Positions 1-9,430 of a DNA stretch of 64,000 bases are shown piece by piece. Where the stretch lies: IMG/VR virus record IMGVR_UViG_3300032053_000008. One strand, 5' to 3'. The translations under genes were made by a program, and so were the position numbers. The notes below the pieces were generated by a model that saw only the letters and a list, made by a program, of their open reading frames with translations, was not told where the DNA came from and did no database searches. Source of the DNA: a virus. How positions within the stretch are numbered: the stretch's first letter is position 1; each line of letters begins with the position of its first letter.

Positions 1-277
1 GGTGATGACTCAAAAACGCCTGGTCCATCATTTTTTGTTGGTCTGGCTTAGATGCCGAATAAGCGTCAGCATTTTCAGATCTGTGGATAGCGTACTTTAG
101 CAAAAGAGATGAAGGTGAATGGGGAGAATGCTTATAGCTAGAATACATCTCATTTAGTGTAGCATTTGGCTTAAAGTGCGGCGTAGGTGCGCTAATAGGC
201 AAACTAGAATGGACCTGTAGCCCAATTTGCTTGTCTTGGCTGGTACTAGAAGACAATGCACTTGGGTGTTTAGTCAT
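1..277 (-). CDS. Hypothetical protein, 5' part only (runs off the window), MTKHPSALSSSTSQDKQ...
   Basis: ATG at 277 overlaps the end of the upstream gene; hand-translated frame is open to position 1; absent from the ORF track because it is truncated. Confidence 0.7.
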   Translation of the reverse strand, partial: MTKHPSALSSSTSQDKQIGLQVHSSLPISAPTPHFKPNATLNEMYSSYKHSPHSPSSLLLKYAIHRSENADAYSASKPDQQKMMDQAFLSHH

Positions 278-1337
278 CGTTATCATCCCCTATAATAACA
301 TGATAAGGGTCTTCTATTGGGCCGTCACCTAAAGTAGGGAAATCACTAGTAACTTGCCAAGATGGATTGTTTGGCTCGATAGGGTCAGTCAAACTAGTGC
401 GTGGCTTATACCCAGCCCATCTACCTTTGTTATTGGGTCCATTAGGCCCATCTTCTATAAGAACTTGTCCTGTAATTACTTCCAGTTTAGGGGCAGCATG
501 TTTAATCCAGGTGATTGGTACTACACCAGTCAAGGTTATATACCTAGAAAAAACAGTGTCGGCCTGGAAAGAATTATTTCTTTGAAGTGCGCTAGATGAA
601 ACTTTGGACAGCTCAAAAAGGCGACCTTCTAGGTAAGACTCTTTATATCGCATCAGGCAATACATCACAACCTGCCACATCCATATACAACATCCAGCAT
701 CGCCATTAGCATGACAAGCTATGGTGTAGCTTTCATTAATAAAAGAGATTTCTTGGTCTAGATTCCATACACCAAATTTGGTTCTGATGTGAGACCTGGA
801 AAAGTTCTCCCTTAGATCAGGAGCTATTCTAAATGAATTGTTTCCGGTAACTTCGTATATTACATAAGCTTTATTGGTTTTGTTGGCTACCAGAAATTGG
901 CCTTCTCTGATATTAGCCATGCTAACCGTGCTAGGCACAATAACTATACCAGTTACAGTGTCATAAGACTCTACGCTAAATGTAGGGGTAAGGTTTCTGG
1001 CATTTGTGACAATACCAGTTGGGTCAAATGGATCTATAAGCCTTTGGTCGCCCAAAGAGGTGCGGTCCATAGCTTCACTGTTGTCATTATACGAAACAAT
1101 AATACATGGCACCGGAACCGTGTCGGCTATACGGTAAGCCAATAAAACAGGGATTTCATTATTTAAAAACCAGTTAGAAGCAGCTTCTACTTCTTTGTAT
1201 CCATAGTCCTTAGAAGCAAGATAATCTTGAGCTAAGGTGCTAAATATGTCTTCAACTATCCACTTGTTTTTACGCAAATCCGCAATAGACGCTTCAAGCA
1301 TCGTTTTTATCAAAATATCACTAGATAAAACACCCAT
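270..1337 (-). CDS. Putative tail-terminator/neck-type virion protein
   Basis: Start moved to MGVLSS (1337), which gives a TAATG overlap with the upstream stop; lies downstream of the other neck genes; function from context. Confidence 0.55.
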   Translation of the reverse strand: MGVLSSDILIKTMLEASIADLRKNKWIVEDIFSTLAQDYLASKDYGYKEVEAASNWFLNNEIPVLLAYRIADTVPVPCIIVSYNDNSEAMDRTSLGDQRLIDPFDPTGIVTNARNLTPTFSVESYDTVTGIVIVPSTVSMANIREGQFLVANKTNKAYVIYEVTGNNSFRIAPDLRENFSRSHIRTKFGVWNLDQEISFINESYTIACHANGDAGCCIWMWQVVMYCLMRYKESYLEGRLFELSKVSSSALQRNNSFQADTVFSRYITLTGVVPITWIKHAAPKLEVITGQVLIEDGPNGPNNKGRWAGYKPRTSLTDPIEPNNPSWQVTSDFPTLGDGPIEDPYHVIIGDDNDD

Positions 1338-2188
1338 TATGCGCCCCTGAAATAGTCTTCTAAAGACTTTACTATTTTGTCCCATTCTTTAGTAGCATAA
1401 TCGTATGCGGCAGGAATACTGTGAAGAGGTTTAACTTCGGGGTACATCCACCTTCCCTCTGCCTCATGCTTGCTACTTACAACCCTAAATGTAACTACTT
1501 CTTTTTTGACCTTACCTCTTTTAGATGGTCTTTGGACCACAACTCCACCTGACAGATAGTGAGCACCTTCGTAGTTTGGTAGCCCTAGAGCTTCAGCTTC
1601 ATCAGCTGTACGCCCTTTAGACCGGTATTGGTATATGTTGTCGCTAGCCGGGTCATTTAACTGAGGGATGTCTTTTAGCCTGTTAACTATGCCAATCATT
1701 GGCATTCCATCGGGGCCTTTTTCGATTTTACGCATACTGACGCCATTTGCCTTAAGGGAGGCATCTATAGCTTCTCTCATACCAGAAGGAGTGGTCAGAG
1801 CGTTTTTGTCATGGCTAAAAGGTATGACCTTGAATTTACTGCCATCTTTGGCAGTCTTAAGTCCCGGACCTGGTTTAAGCAGCCAGTCTTCTGTTGCCAT
1901 ACTCACGGCTGGCCTACCGCTCTCGACCCACTTAGCTGATTCATCGATTTCTACTACCCACATATTCTTAGAAACTTGTATCCATCTGATATTGCTACCA
2001 TCTTCACCTAAAAATGCTTCTAGTGGGTAACCTTTTAAGTGGTCCTGAGCATACTTGATAATAAAAGCGTGGGTGGAAATAGAAAGGGCCTCTACAGCCC
2101 CATTCAATTTCTTTGCTACCTCTTTTTCTACAACACCTAGCTTATCAGCTATTTCTTTGTAGTTAGCCCTTATGGTAAAGTCGGTCAC
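1337..2188 (-). CDS. Neck/tail-completion protein (SPO1/Twort-like)
   Basis: Motifs LLKPG...KTAKDGSKFKVIPF and TFRVVSSK...W resemble the Herelleviridae-type neck protein; neck-module position. Confidence 0.6.
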   Translation of the reverse strand: MTDFTIRANYKEIADKLGVVEKEVAKKLNGAVEALSISTHAFIIKYAQDHLKGYPLEAFLGEDGSNIRWIQVSKNMWVVEIDESAKWVESGRPAVSMATEDWLLKPGPGLKTAKDGSKFKVIPFSHDKNALTTPSGMREAIDASLKANGVSMRKIEKGPDGMPMIGIVNRLKDIPQLNDPASDNIYQYRSKGRTADEAEALGLPNYEGAHYLSGGVVVQRPSKRGKVKKEVVTFRVVSSKHEAEGRWMYPEVKPLHSIPAAYDYATKEWDKIVKSLEDYFRGA

Positions 2189-3402
2189 TGCTGCTTAGCC
2201 TTTTGTTGTTGATTGTTGGCTTTTACCGATATATCAGTACCATCGGTAGCCTGAACTTGGCCTGAGGCCATTGAGCGCCATACTTCTTTACCGTTTACCA
2301 GAACTTTTTTGTAGTTGCCCTTGCGGGTTCCAACAGGGAAACGGATACCAGACATAGCCTGAGGACCAGAAGAACTGACGCCCTTTTTTTCTAGGTCTTG
2401 TTCAGATTTTTGAACTTGCTTGGCGCTGGTGATCAATTTCTGGATCATAGACATAGTTTGCTGGAAAGCTTTAGGGTCCTTGCTGGCCATAGCCATAATC
2501 TGAGGTATTTGCGCCTTAACGTCTTTAAGTTTGTCCATTAATTCTTGGTTGTGGTCGGCGGTAGCTTCTTTGGTAGCATCATCGACTTCTTGAGCTACTT
2601 CTTGTGCTGCCTGTTCTTGTTCCTGTCCGTCACCTTCGCCCTGTTGTTGTCCAGGTGCCTGTTGTTGTTGAGGCTGACCACTAAGTTGACCAAGCAAATC
2701 AGTAGTATTGGTATTAGCATGGGCATCTGGGTCTTCCTGGCCTTGCGGCTGTTGTTGTTGCTGGGCTTGTTGTTGTTGCATCATTTGCTGTTGTTGTTGA
2801 GCGGCTTGTTCGATTTCCCCGGCACCAAGCATTTCATTTATGGCTTGAATAAACTGGGCTTCAGCGCTAAAACTTTCTTTTAGAGACATACGCTTGGGCA
2901 CTGGATTAGATTTTTGGTCTATAACTTTTTGGTAAGGCTTGTCATCTGGCTGTTCTGGGTCAAATAGGTTGGTAGGCAAACTGACGTTTTGATTTATGTT
3001 TGTTCTTGAATTGGAAGTTTTTGTAATTTTTTCTTGGTAAGTATCTGCCGGATTAAAAAGTTCAACTTTACCAGTTTTATAAGATTTCTTGGCAGCCATT
3101 GCCGCTTCTTGGAAATCTAATCCAACACCAATAGCCAGTCCATCTCCAGCAGTTTCGGTAAAGTTTTCAATTAAATTAGGTAGTTCTGCCGCTACATCAA
3201 TAGGTATTTCCATAGCTATAAAGTCTGGATTACAAAATGGCATAGATCCACCGTGGGATTCCACAGTAGATTTCATTTTGTCTATAAGTCCCTGTAATTC
3301 AAACTGATAATGGTTGGCTACGCTAAATCGGCCCTCTTTGGCCGAATTAATTAGTTTGTCTCTTACTGCATCCGCAAATATAACTGCCCATACCTTACTC
3401 AT
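2185..3402 (-). CDS. Gln-rich head-associated protein with an N-terminal degenerate mCpol (minimal CRISPR polymerase, GGDEF-like) domain
   Basis: Residues ~1-117 follow the mCpol pattern (IFAD..., HGG...F.NPD...EIP, IGVG...EA..A....TGK); poly-Gln middle; KSE processing-like motif. Confidence 0.55.
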   Translation of the reverse strand: MSKVWAVIFADAVRDKLINSAKEGRFSVANHYQFELQGLIDKMKSTVESHGGSMPFCNPDFIAMEIPIDVAAELPNLIENFTETAGDGLAIGVGLDFQEAAMAAKKSYKTGKVELFNPADTYQEKITKTSNSRTNINQNVSLPTNLFDPEQPDDKPYQKVIDQKSNPVPKRMSLKESFSAEAQFIQAINEMLGAGEIEQAAQQQQQMMQQQQAQQQQQPQGQEDPDAHANTNTTDLLGQLSGQPQQQQAPGQQQGEGDGQEQEQAAQEVAQEVDDATKEATADHNQELMDKLKDVKAQIPQIMAMASKDPKAFQQTMSMIQKLITSAKQVQKSEQDLEKKGVSSSGPQAMSGIRFPVGTRKGNYKKVLVNGKEVWRSMASGQVQATDGTDISVKANNQQQKAKQQ

Positions 3403-3406
3403 ACGC

Positions 3407-4522
3407 TCACCTGTATTTTGTATTCAGCTTGTTTTTTAAGGTTTCGACAAAAGCTTCAATGATTTCTGGATCTGCTTTTGAACTAAAACTTATTTTATAT
3501 CCACCAGATGTTTTACTCAACCTTAAAAACGCTTTATTTTTGTTTTCTTGGGAAGTTACATAAAAACAAGCACAAGGGGAATATTTTGGGCCAGACTCGG
3601 ACTTAGTAAACTCAGGAGTTTTGCAATGAGGGCAAGGAGCGTATAAATCTGATTCGCTTATTGTGATTTCCGGCTCTTTTTTCTCTAGTTGAGCTTTAGT
3701 AAGATAGTTCCTGAAATAAGTGGCTGGTGTAGATGTAGGTTTGGCAGGTTTAGTGGCTGCGATGTTGAGTTTGTGTTGGATCATGGCCGGATTTTGTGCG
3801 GTATCGGCTTTTGTTTGCCCTTTGGTTTGCTGGGTAACTTGTTTGGTCATTGCCGCTTTAGGGTCTCTAGATGGAGCTGTTGCTTTAAGTGGAGCTACCG
3901 GTCCGTTTGGGGCAGCGTGGCCACTTGGGGCACCAGTTTCGTGCATTCCAGCTTTTTCAATCTTTTCTTTAGAGTCTTCCACCGCTTTAGCGGTAAACTT
4001 TTCGTCCATTATTCGATCAATAACTTTACCAAGAATTTTAGTAACTTCCACCATTGCATTAATGGCAGTGTCGGACTGTGGCATAACTGGCATATGAATA
4101 TCTGAGGCAGACATCAAGGCCGCTGGCAATTCACTAGAACCAGCTTTTTTGCCGTCATAGTCTTCAGTCATGGACATCAAATGTCCGCCAAAGGCTGGCA
4201 AAGTTTGGTTTTCAAAGGAATGGACAATATGTCCACCTTTTATGAATTGGGCAGTATAGGCATCTAGGCCAGTTTTATTGACTTGGATCTTTAGGTCGTC
4301 TAGGCCAGGATAAGATAAAACCTTTTCGTCACCTGGGTGCATAGGCTTAATGGAAGATACTAGCCAGGACAATATGGTTCTAGGGACAGCTAAAATAGGC
4401 AGATACATATCAATAGGAGACAAAAGAGATTTGCTGTCCCTACGATACATAGTCTTACTTAGCGTTTCAAAGCCGTCATCGCCAAGCAAGCTTTTTAGTA
4501 GTTTTTCTGCCTTAGTGTGCAT
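3407..4522 (-). CDS. Hypothetical head-associated protein with a C-terminal Cys cluster (CPHC...CAC)
   Basis: 371-aa ORF in the late operon; several phi-x-K|S/T/A motifs. Confidence 0.6.
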   Translation of the reverse strand: MHTKAEKLLKSLLGDDGFETLSKTMYRRDSKSLLSPIDMYLPILAVPRTILSWLVSSIKPMHPGDEKVLSYPGLDDLKIQVNKTGLDAYTAQFIKGGHIVHSFENQTLPAFGGHLMSMTEDYDGKKAGSSELPAALMSASDIHMPVMPQSDTAINAMVEVTKILGKVIDRIMDEKFTAKAVEDSKEKIEKAGMHETGAPSGHAAPNGPVAPLKATAPSRDPKAAMTKQVTQQTKGQTKADTAQNPAMIQHKLNIAATKPAKPTSTPATYFRNYLTKAQLEKKEPEITISESDLYAPCPHCKTPEFTKSESGPKYSPCACFYVTSQENKNKAFLRLSKTSGGYKISFSSKADPEIIEAFVETLKNKLNTKYR

Positions 4523-4525
4523 TTA

Positions 4526-4921
4526 TTACCCAAGGTAAGAAGAGTCTGCCACGTCAAAAATAGCGGCACCAGAACCAGATACCTTGTAAGCATAAATTCC
4601 AGGAGGAACTATCAAATAAGTATAGTCTAAGGGACGCAAAGGGTAGCCTGTTCCAAGAGCGGCCACAGCCGTACTTGTTCCATCATCAAAAGCCACATAA
4701 AGAGCGGTAGCCAATGAATTGAAAAAGCAAACCATTTGACCTGGAACTGCAGTTAAAGTGGTAAAACTAGTTGAAGCTAGCCCAACAGGAATCATTAACC
4801 CTTCAGAATTAATGGATTTTGAGGCACCAGCTTCATCGTTATAGCGCATTTCAGTGTTGCTATAACCACCAGAAATCTTGTCTGTTAGTTTTTTTCTTTT
4901 TAAATCAGTAGTATACGACAT
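4526..4921 (-). CDS. Small beta-rich virion protein
   Basis: GGGAG RBS and TAATCTT motif upstream; composition typical of structural proteins. Confidence 0.55.
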   Translation of the reverse strand: MSYTTDLKRKKLTDKISGGYSNTEMRYNDEAGASKSINSEGLMIPVGLASTSFTTLTAVPGQMVCFFNSLATALYVAFDDGTSTAVAALGTGYPLRPLDYTYLIVPPGIYAYKVSGSGAAIFDVADSSYLG

Positions 4922-4944
4922 TTAGATAAACTCCCTATAAGGGT

Positions 4945-4951
4945 AAGATTA
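4945..4951 (-). promoter_or_regulatory. Putative late promoter motif TAATCTT
   Basis: Part of the 14-mer TAATCTTACCCTTA, repeated exactly at 15548-15561; lies just upstream of an RBS. Confidence 0.6.
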
Positions 4952-5917
4952 CGTTTTTGGGCCTTTAGTGGGTGGAGCGCCGAAATTTCCTACAGTATTA
5001 TTAGTAGCTTCCGGGTAAATACCGCTATATTGACGAGGAGCCAAATCGCTTCTTGGGTCATCCCCCTGAAGAGGTCTAGCTGGATCATTGCGGTTTTTAT
5101 CCATAAAGATATTTTCCCTTAGTGCCAAAACCTCAAAAGGCATTCTTTCAAGCTTTCTTTCATAGGTTAAGGGATCGGTAACATTTGTAACTCTGATTTC
5201 ATGTAAGATCTTATCAACTATGAAAAAAGGAGTATACAAATAACGTACCGCATAAACAGTTTCTCTTCCTATTGTTGGATTATACCCAGGTCTTCTTTGG
5301 GTGGTCCATTTAAGCCAGCCCTCAGAAGTAATGACAAAATCTTTGTCTTGGGTATATTCTTCGCCATTAGCATCTACAAGGTCCACAACCTTTAGAGCAG
5401 GGAATTGCAAACGATCTATTCCAGTTGAACTGGCTTCCATGTATTGCATACAAGATACATACATTTCTATGTCAGCTAAATAGAATCTATCCCAAGCTTG
5501 CAAAATTACTGGCTCTAAACTATCTTCGTAATACCTTGTAACTGTTAAATAAACTGAAGCAAAAGACAGGTTTCCCATATCTTCAGCTTTTGTGTCTTTA
5601 GTATTATTATGGAACCAAGCATACACATGTCCGGAATTTTTGTAAATATATCCATCAGAGTTGCGCGGTCTAAGATTCATTACATCTCTATTGTCACCAC
5701 GGCTGGCCATACCTCTTGGGTCTGGCAAAGCTCTTTGATGAACAAGCCTTACTCCGTGAGTTTTGATCAAAAAATCGAATTTGTCTGCATCAAAACTGAC
5801 CTGAGATTTAGTTAGGTCAATAATGCTTTGAGGACCTTCAAGAGGCCTATCTACTCTTGGTCTTGGACCATTGTCTGTATGGTCGGTACGACCTTTAGGT
5901 GGCTTAGGTGGCTTCAT
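4949..5917 (-). CDS. Head-closure (neck 2) protein
   Basis: FDADKFDFLIKTHGVRLVHQRA.P.P and YAVRY...P.FIV..ILHEIR resemble the SPO1/Twort-like head-closure protein. Confidence 0.6.
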   Translation of the reverse strand: MKPPKPPKGRTDHTDNGPRPRVDRPLEGPQSIIDLTKSQVSFDADKFDFLIKTHGVRLVHQRALPDPRGMASRGDNRDVMNLRPRNSDGYIYKNSGHVYAWFHNNTKDTKAEDMGNLSFASVYLTVTRYYEDSLEPVILQAWDRFYLADIEMYVSCMQYMEASSTGIDRLQFPALKVVDLVDANGEEYTQDKDFVITSEGWLKWTTQRRPGYNPTIGRETVYAVRYLYTPFFIVDKILHEIRVTNVTDPLTYERKLERMPFEVLALRENIFMDKNRNDPARPLQGDDPRSDLAPRQYSGIYPEATNNTVGNFGAPPTKGPKT

Positions 5918-6387
5918 CTGAAGTCCTTGTGACTAAGCAATACGTCAGGTAGAGAGTTAAGGGAAATATTACGTACAACCATTTTACTTTTGTCGGTATA
6001 TGACAGTTTTTGCAAGTCTTCTTTTTTAGACAAACCAATGTCATCTGTTTCCGTGTTGAAAGTGACGTACAAGGGCGAGTCTGGGAAATCTGTTTGAATA
6101 GGGGTAGCAAAATATGCCAATAGCTTAGAATAAAGATCTATGTCAGATTTCATTAGATCTTCGCTTTTAACCATGTCTTCATTCCACTTGATCTTTGGCT
6201 CAGCTTTTTCAGCCATCCACTTAGCTACGGCTTTGTGGGGAGCCATCGACAGGGTTTTAACCTCAGACTTAGACTTTTGAAAAAAGCAATGCAAACCGCC
6301 ATGAGTCAAAATGTACATAATAGGGTCTTTGTCGAAAGTAGCCCCTACGATCTTTTTTTCTGACACTTGATCTAGATCAATTTTCAT
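5914..6387 (-). CDS. Hypothetical head-associated protein
   Basis: Coupled by ATGA overlaps; contains MVKSEDLMKSD motifs. Confidence 0.6.
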   Translation of the reverse strand: MKIDLDQVSEKKIVGATFDKDPIMYILTHGGLHCFFQKSKSEVKTLSMAPHKAVAKWMAEKAEPKIKWNEDMVKSEDLMKSDIDLYSKLLAYFATPIQTDFPDSPLYVTFNTETDDIGLSKKEDLQKLSYTDKSKMVVRNISLNSLPDVLLSHKDFR

Positions 6388-6788
6388 AAAGTAAACATCC
6401 TTTTGATTCTATCAAGGAAAGTCGGCTTGTTGTGTTCTGGTTCGATTTCCTTGTCTTCAAAGGCATTGTCTCTAATAATATGCTCTTTTTGATCTTCTCT
6501 GGCCCGATACTCTAACCACTTATAAAAATCAAAAGAAAAATCAATGCTTTTAGGTAGCTGCAATTGAGTTTTAATTAATGGTTTTTCTTTATTAAAATGG
6601 GCCGCCAAATAAGAAGTACTGTTAAAATACCTCAATAAGAAAACTTTTGCTTCATCAAGATCTTTTGCTTTGTCTAGCATAAGGCTTATGGATGGGTAAC
6701 TTTCAACAATTGGTTCCATGTCAGACCAGTTGTTAACTTTAAACTGTTTTTCTTCATTGCTCATGGTGTTTTTAACTATTAATATCAC
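6384..6788 (-). CDS. Hypothetical protein
   Basis: Overlaps both neighbours in the operon. Confidence 0.55.
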   Translation of the reverse strand: MILIVKNTMSNEEKQFKVNNWSDMEPIVESYPSISLMLDKAKDLDEAKVFLLRYFNSTSYLAAHFNKEKPLIKTQLQLPKSIDFSFDFYKWLEYRAREDQKEHIIRDNAFEDKEIEPEHNKPTFLDRIKRMFTL

Positions 6789-8094
6789 CTAAGAATTTCC
6801 TTACCTTGTGTGACATAAACGGAGTTAAATGTTTGGCCCCATTTGGCATCTTGTCGTCATGGGCAAGTATATCACGGAGTTTAAGTTTGTCTAGGTGTTT
6901 ATGGTAGTCAGTTTTTTTGCCGTTGTCTTGCATAAGAGCTTTAGTTATATGAAGTTTGGCTTGGATTCCATTGTCGTTATGTGGAAAATTACCTAATATT
7001 TCTAACAATTTATCTTTAGGTATATCATTAAACTGCTCTTTGCCTGTAGCTGAGCCAACAGCTTCAGATATATCCCATGGATTATGAGTTTTTCCATGCA
7101 AAGATTTAGCTACGTGATTTAAAGCTTTGTCTGGGGTACCATCAAGATATAGAACATTACTTTTGTTTTTTGGTTGATCTGCGGAAATATCCGAAAAGAA
7201 TGGTTCATGCCCAGCTAAAGTGTCATTTGCCCATTTAGTCATGGCATCGTGTCTGGATTTATAAGAAGATACTATGTGATTTTTCCAGTCATCATGTTTA
7301 ATGCCGTTAGCTTCATCAATCAAAGAGCCTTTAACTTTTGGAGCACTATTTAACCACCAAGATGCTAAATTTTTAGCATGTTGGTGGTCTCTATCGGCCT
7401 CTGGAGTAAAACGATATAAAGCACTGTTACGCGTTAAGTCTTCCATTGAGTTAGTACCACGATCATAACCAAAAGCGAAAGAGTGATCAATAGCTAGTGG
7501 ACTGTGATACCCTTTTTGGTCTGGAAGATTATTGGCCATTATATTGCCAGAATGTCTGTCAATATTACCTGTAAGGTAGTCCATTACATTAATTTTATTA
7601 GCAACAAGTGGATCTATTTGATGTTTTTGATGGTTATATTCTTCAGTATTATCAGCAAACTTGTGGACCATTACCGGCATTTCACCAATAGAAGTGCTTA
7701 GAGTGTGGTGTTTTACATCTTCGATGTTGTGGTGTAGGCCAGCCGCTTCGTACATTCTTTTTGTGGCTGAGGTAGCAAATCCACCTAAACCGTTGTTTAC
7801 TTTAGAGTTATAAGGCTTAACCATAAACGTACTGTTTGGCGTTTTGTATACCAGCTTGTCTTCATACCCTTCAGCCATATTTTTAGGCTTGTGGTGTTCG
7901 CTAGAAGACACGGCTTGATCAAAGTCCGCATGACCGCCAGCAGATTGGGTAGGTTTCAGATATGACGCAGATTCTTCATTGTGGGCCTTACTAGCAAAAT
8001 CAGTCAATGAGGGCTGGTCTAGCTTTTTAGCCAGCAACTGTTCAGTAGGTAAGTACTCAGGTTGAGTCCTTAGTGTATACCACGCCTTTATCAT
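6772..8094 (-). CDS. HipA/PI3-4-kinase-like atypical kinase, probably virion-associated
   Basis: FMVKP (ATP-binding Lys), DYLTGNIDRHSGN (catalytic loop) and AIDHSFAF (metal-binding motif) are all intact. Confidence 0.8.
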   Translation of the reverse strand: MIKAWYTLRTQPEYLPTEQLLAKKLDQPSLTDFASKAHNEESASYLKPTQSAGGHADFDQAVSSSEHHKPKNMAEGYEDKLVYKTPNSTFMVKPYNSKVNNGLGGFATSATKRMYEAAGLHHNIEDVKHHTLSTSIGEMPVMVHKFADNTEEYNHQKHQIDPLVANKINVMDYLTGNIDRHSGNIMANNLPDQKGYHSPLAIDHSFAFGYDRGTNSMEDLTRNSALYRFTPEADRDHQHAKNLASWWLNSAPKVKGSLIDEANGIKHDDWKNHIVSSYKSRHDAMTKWANDTLAGHEPFFSDISADQPKNKSNVLYLDGTPDKALNHVAKSLHGKTHNPWDISEAVGSATGKEQFNDIPKDKLLEILGNFPHNDNGIQAKLHITKALMQDNGKKTDYHKHLDKLKLRDILAHDDKMPNGAKHLTPFMSHKVRKFLGDINS

Positions 8095-8990
8095 ACATGT
8101 CCGCTAAAGAATTTGCTGGAAGTTATCTGCTTGATTCTTTTGATATATTTTTGAGCTTGTTCGTCTGCATTTTTGCGCTTTTCTTGGAGCAAAGAAAACA
8201 TGTTGTCGTTAACTGATTGGCTAAGACCATCGATGCCTAAGGACTGAGTAGCGTACCGGAACTGCGGTATAAGATTATCCAAGACAAGCATGGTAGCCAT
8301 GCACCCAACAGCTTCATTGATAATAACCGGCACTTGGCCTTCGGCAGTACCAAAACCGCACACAACTTCAGTGTTCCAATAAGATGGAACCCAGCCGGAC
8401 TGGCCGATGAACTGCATAATGGTTGCCCCACCAGCCGGAGCCGATACGTCAGCTCCAATAGCCGAAAAGGCAGGGTTCAGGGGATTAACAATAAGGGTAC
8501 CTCTAGAAGCATTAGCCATATCAATCCATTGATTAGGTATCTTATAGATCAAATTGGTAGCAGGGTACTGGGATGTTTCTTGGTCTGGATTGCTATTATA
8601 TGCAGCAGCCCTAATAGACAAATCAATAACGGTCTGGATGGGTTTATTTGGTACTTCCAGTGTCATAAAAGAGAAGTATAAGTTAGGGTCAAAAGGCAAA
8701 CGGTACCGGCGCACAACCTGGAATATTTCTACCTGACACATCAATTCAAAGTCATTGGCAGCTCTCTGGATAAAGTCCTTAAGCATGGCATTAGTTATTT
8801 TTTGCTTAGTTACAGGTGAAGTAAGTGGAATACCCCACAAAAAACGATCCATAAGTACATCTGGGGTAATGAATGGCTCAACTCGGGTTAAGCCACTAGC
8901 ACCCTCCAAGACTTTTTCTGGATATACGGAACTAATACCCTTTTTAGAGTTCGGAGCACCATAGTCATTAGTCCCTTTGATCTTGGCCAT
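8091..8990 (-). CDS. Head-tail adaptor (neck 1) protein
   Basis: FLWGIPL..P, EVVCGF and QSLGIDGLSQS resemble the SPO1/Twort-like adaptor. Confidence 0.7.
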   Translation of the reverse strand: MAKIKGTNDYGAPNSKKGISSVYPEKVLEGASGLTRVEPFITPDVLMDRFLWGIPLTSPVTKQKITNAMLKDFIQRAANDFELMCQVEIFQVVRRYRLPFDPNLYFSFMTLEVPNKPIQTVIDLSIRAAAYNSNPDQETSQYPATNLIYKIPNQWIDMANASRGTLIVNPLNPAFSAIGADVSAPAGGATIMQFIGQSGWVPSYWNTEVVCGFGTAEGQVPVIINEAVGCMATMLVLDNLIPQFRYATQSLGIDGLSQSVNDNMFSLLQEKRKNADEQAQKYIKRIKQITSSKFFSGHV

Positions 8991-8992
8991 AA

Positions 8993-9430
8993 TTACACCC
9001 TATAAGATTTTTGACCGCTAAGATGTATAGCCAGGTCTGTAGCTGTTTTAAAGAAAGTCATTTTAGTTTGAGTAGGGGTTAGGTTAGGTGGGGTAACCAT
9101 GCTAATTTCATCTAGCTGCACCTCAAATCCGCCAAAGGAAATGCAGTCAGATGGGCCAACAGTTACTTTATAGATAGACTGGTCACCAGCAAAAGCTTGT
9201 ACACCAACACGCTCAAAAGCATCGGCTTCATCTAAACTAGCAAAAAGAACAGTAACTGTGTTGCTGATATCGCCCTGGGGTATATAACGAATAAGCTCAC
9301 CACTACAGTTTGTTTTGTAGAGTTGAAAATATAGATCCTGGGTGTTGGTCTTTTGGAAATGAAGTTCGTCTTCTACGCAATATTCATTAGGACCACAAAC
9401 GTTGCTTAGGAACTTGAAATAATACATCAT
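8993..9430 (-). CDS. Hypothetical protein, possibly virion
   Basis: TAATG-coupled to the upstream ClpP gene; 145 aa. Confidence 0.55.
   Translation of the reverse strand: MMYYFKFLSNVCGPNEYCVEDELHFQKTNTQDLYFQLYKTNCSGELIRYIPQGDISNTVTVLFASLDEADAFERVGVQAFAGDQSIYKVTVGPSDCISFGGFEVQLDEISMVTPPNLTPTQTKMTFFKTATDLAIHLSGQKSYRV

Noticed and set aside
2640-2800. (TTG)n/(CAA)n repeats as a CRISPR array or contingency locus
   Set aside because: Imperfect in-frame codon repeats encoding poly-Gln; no repeat-spacer structure
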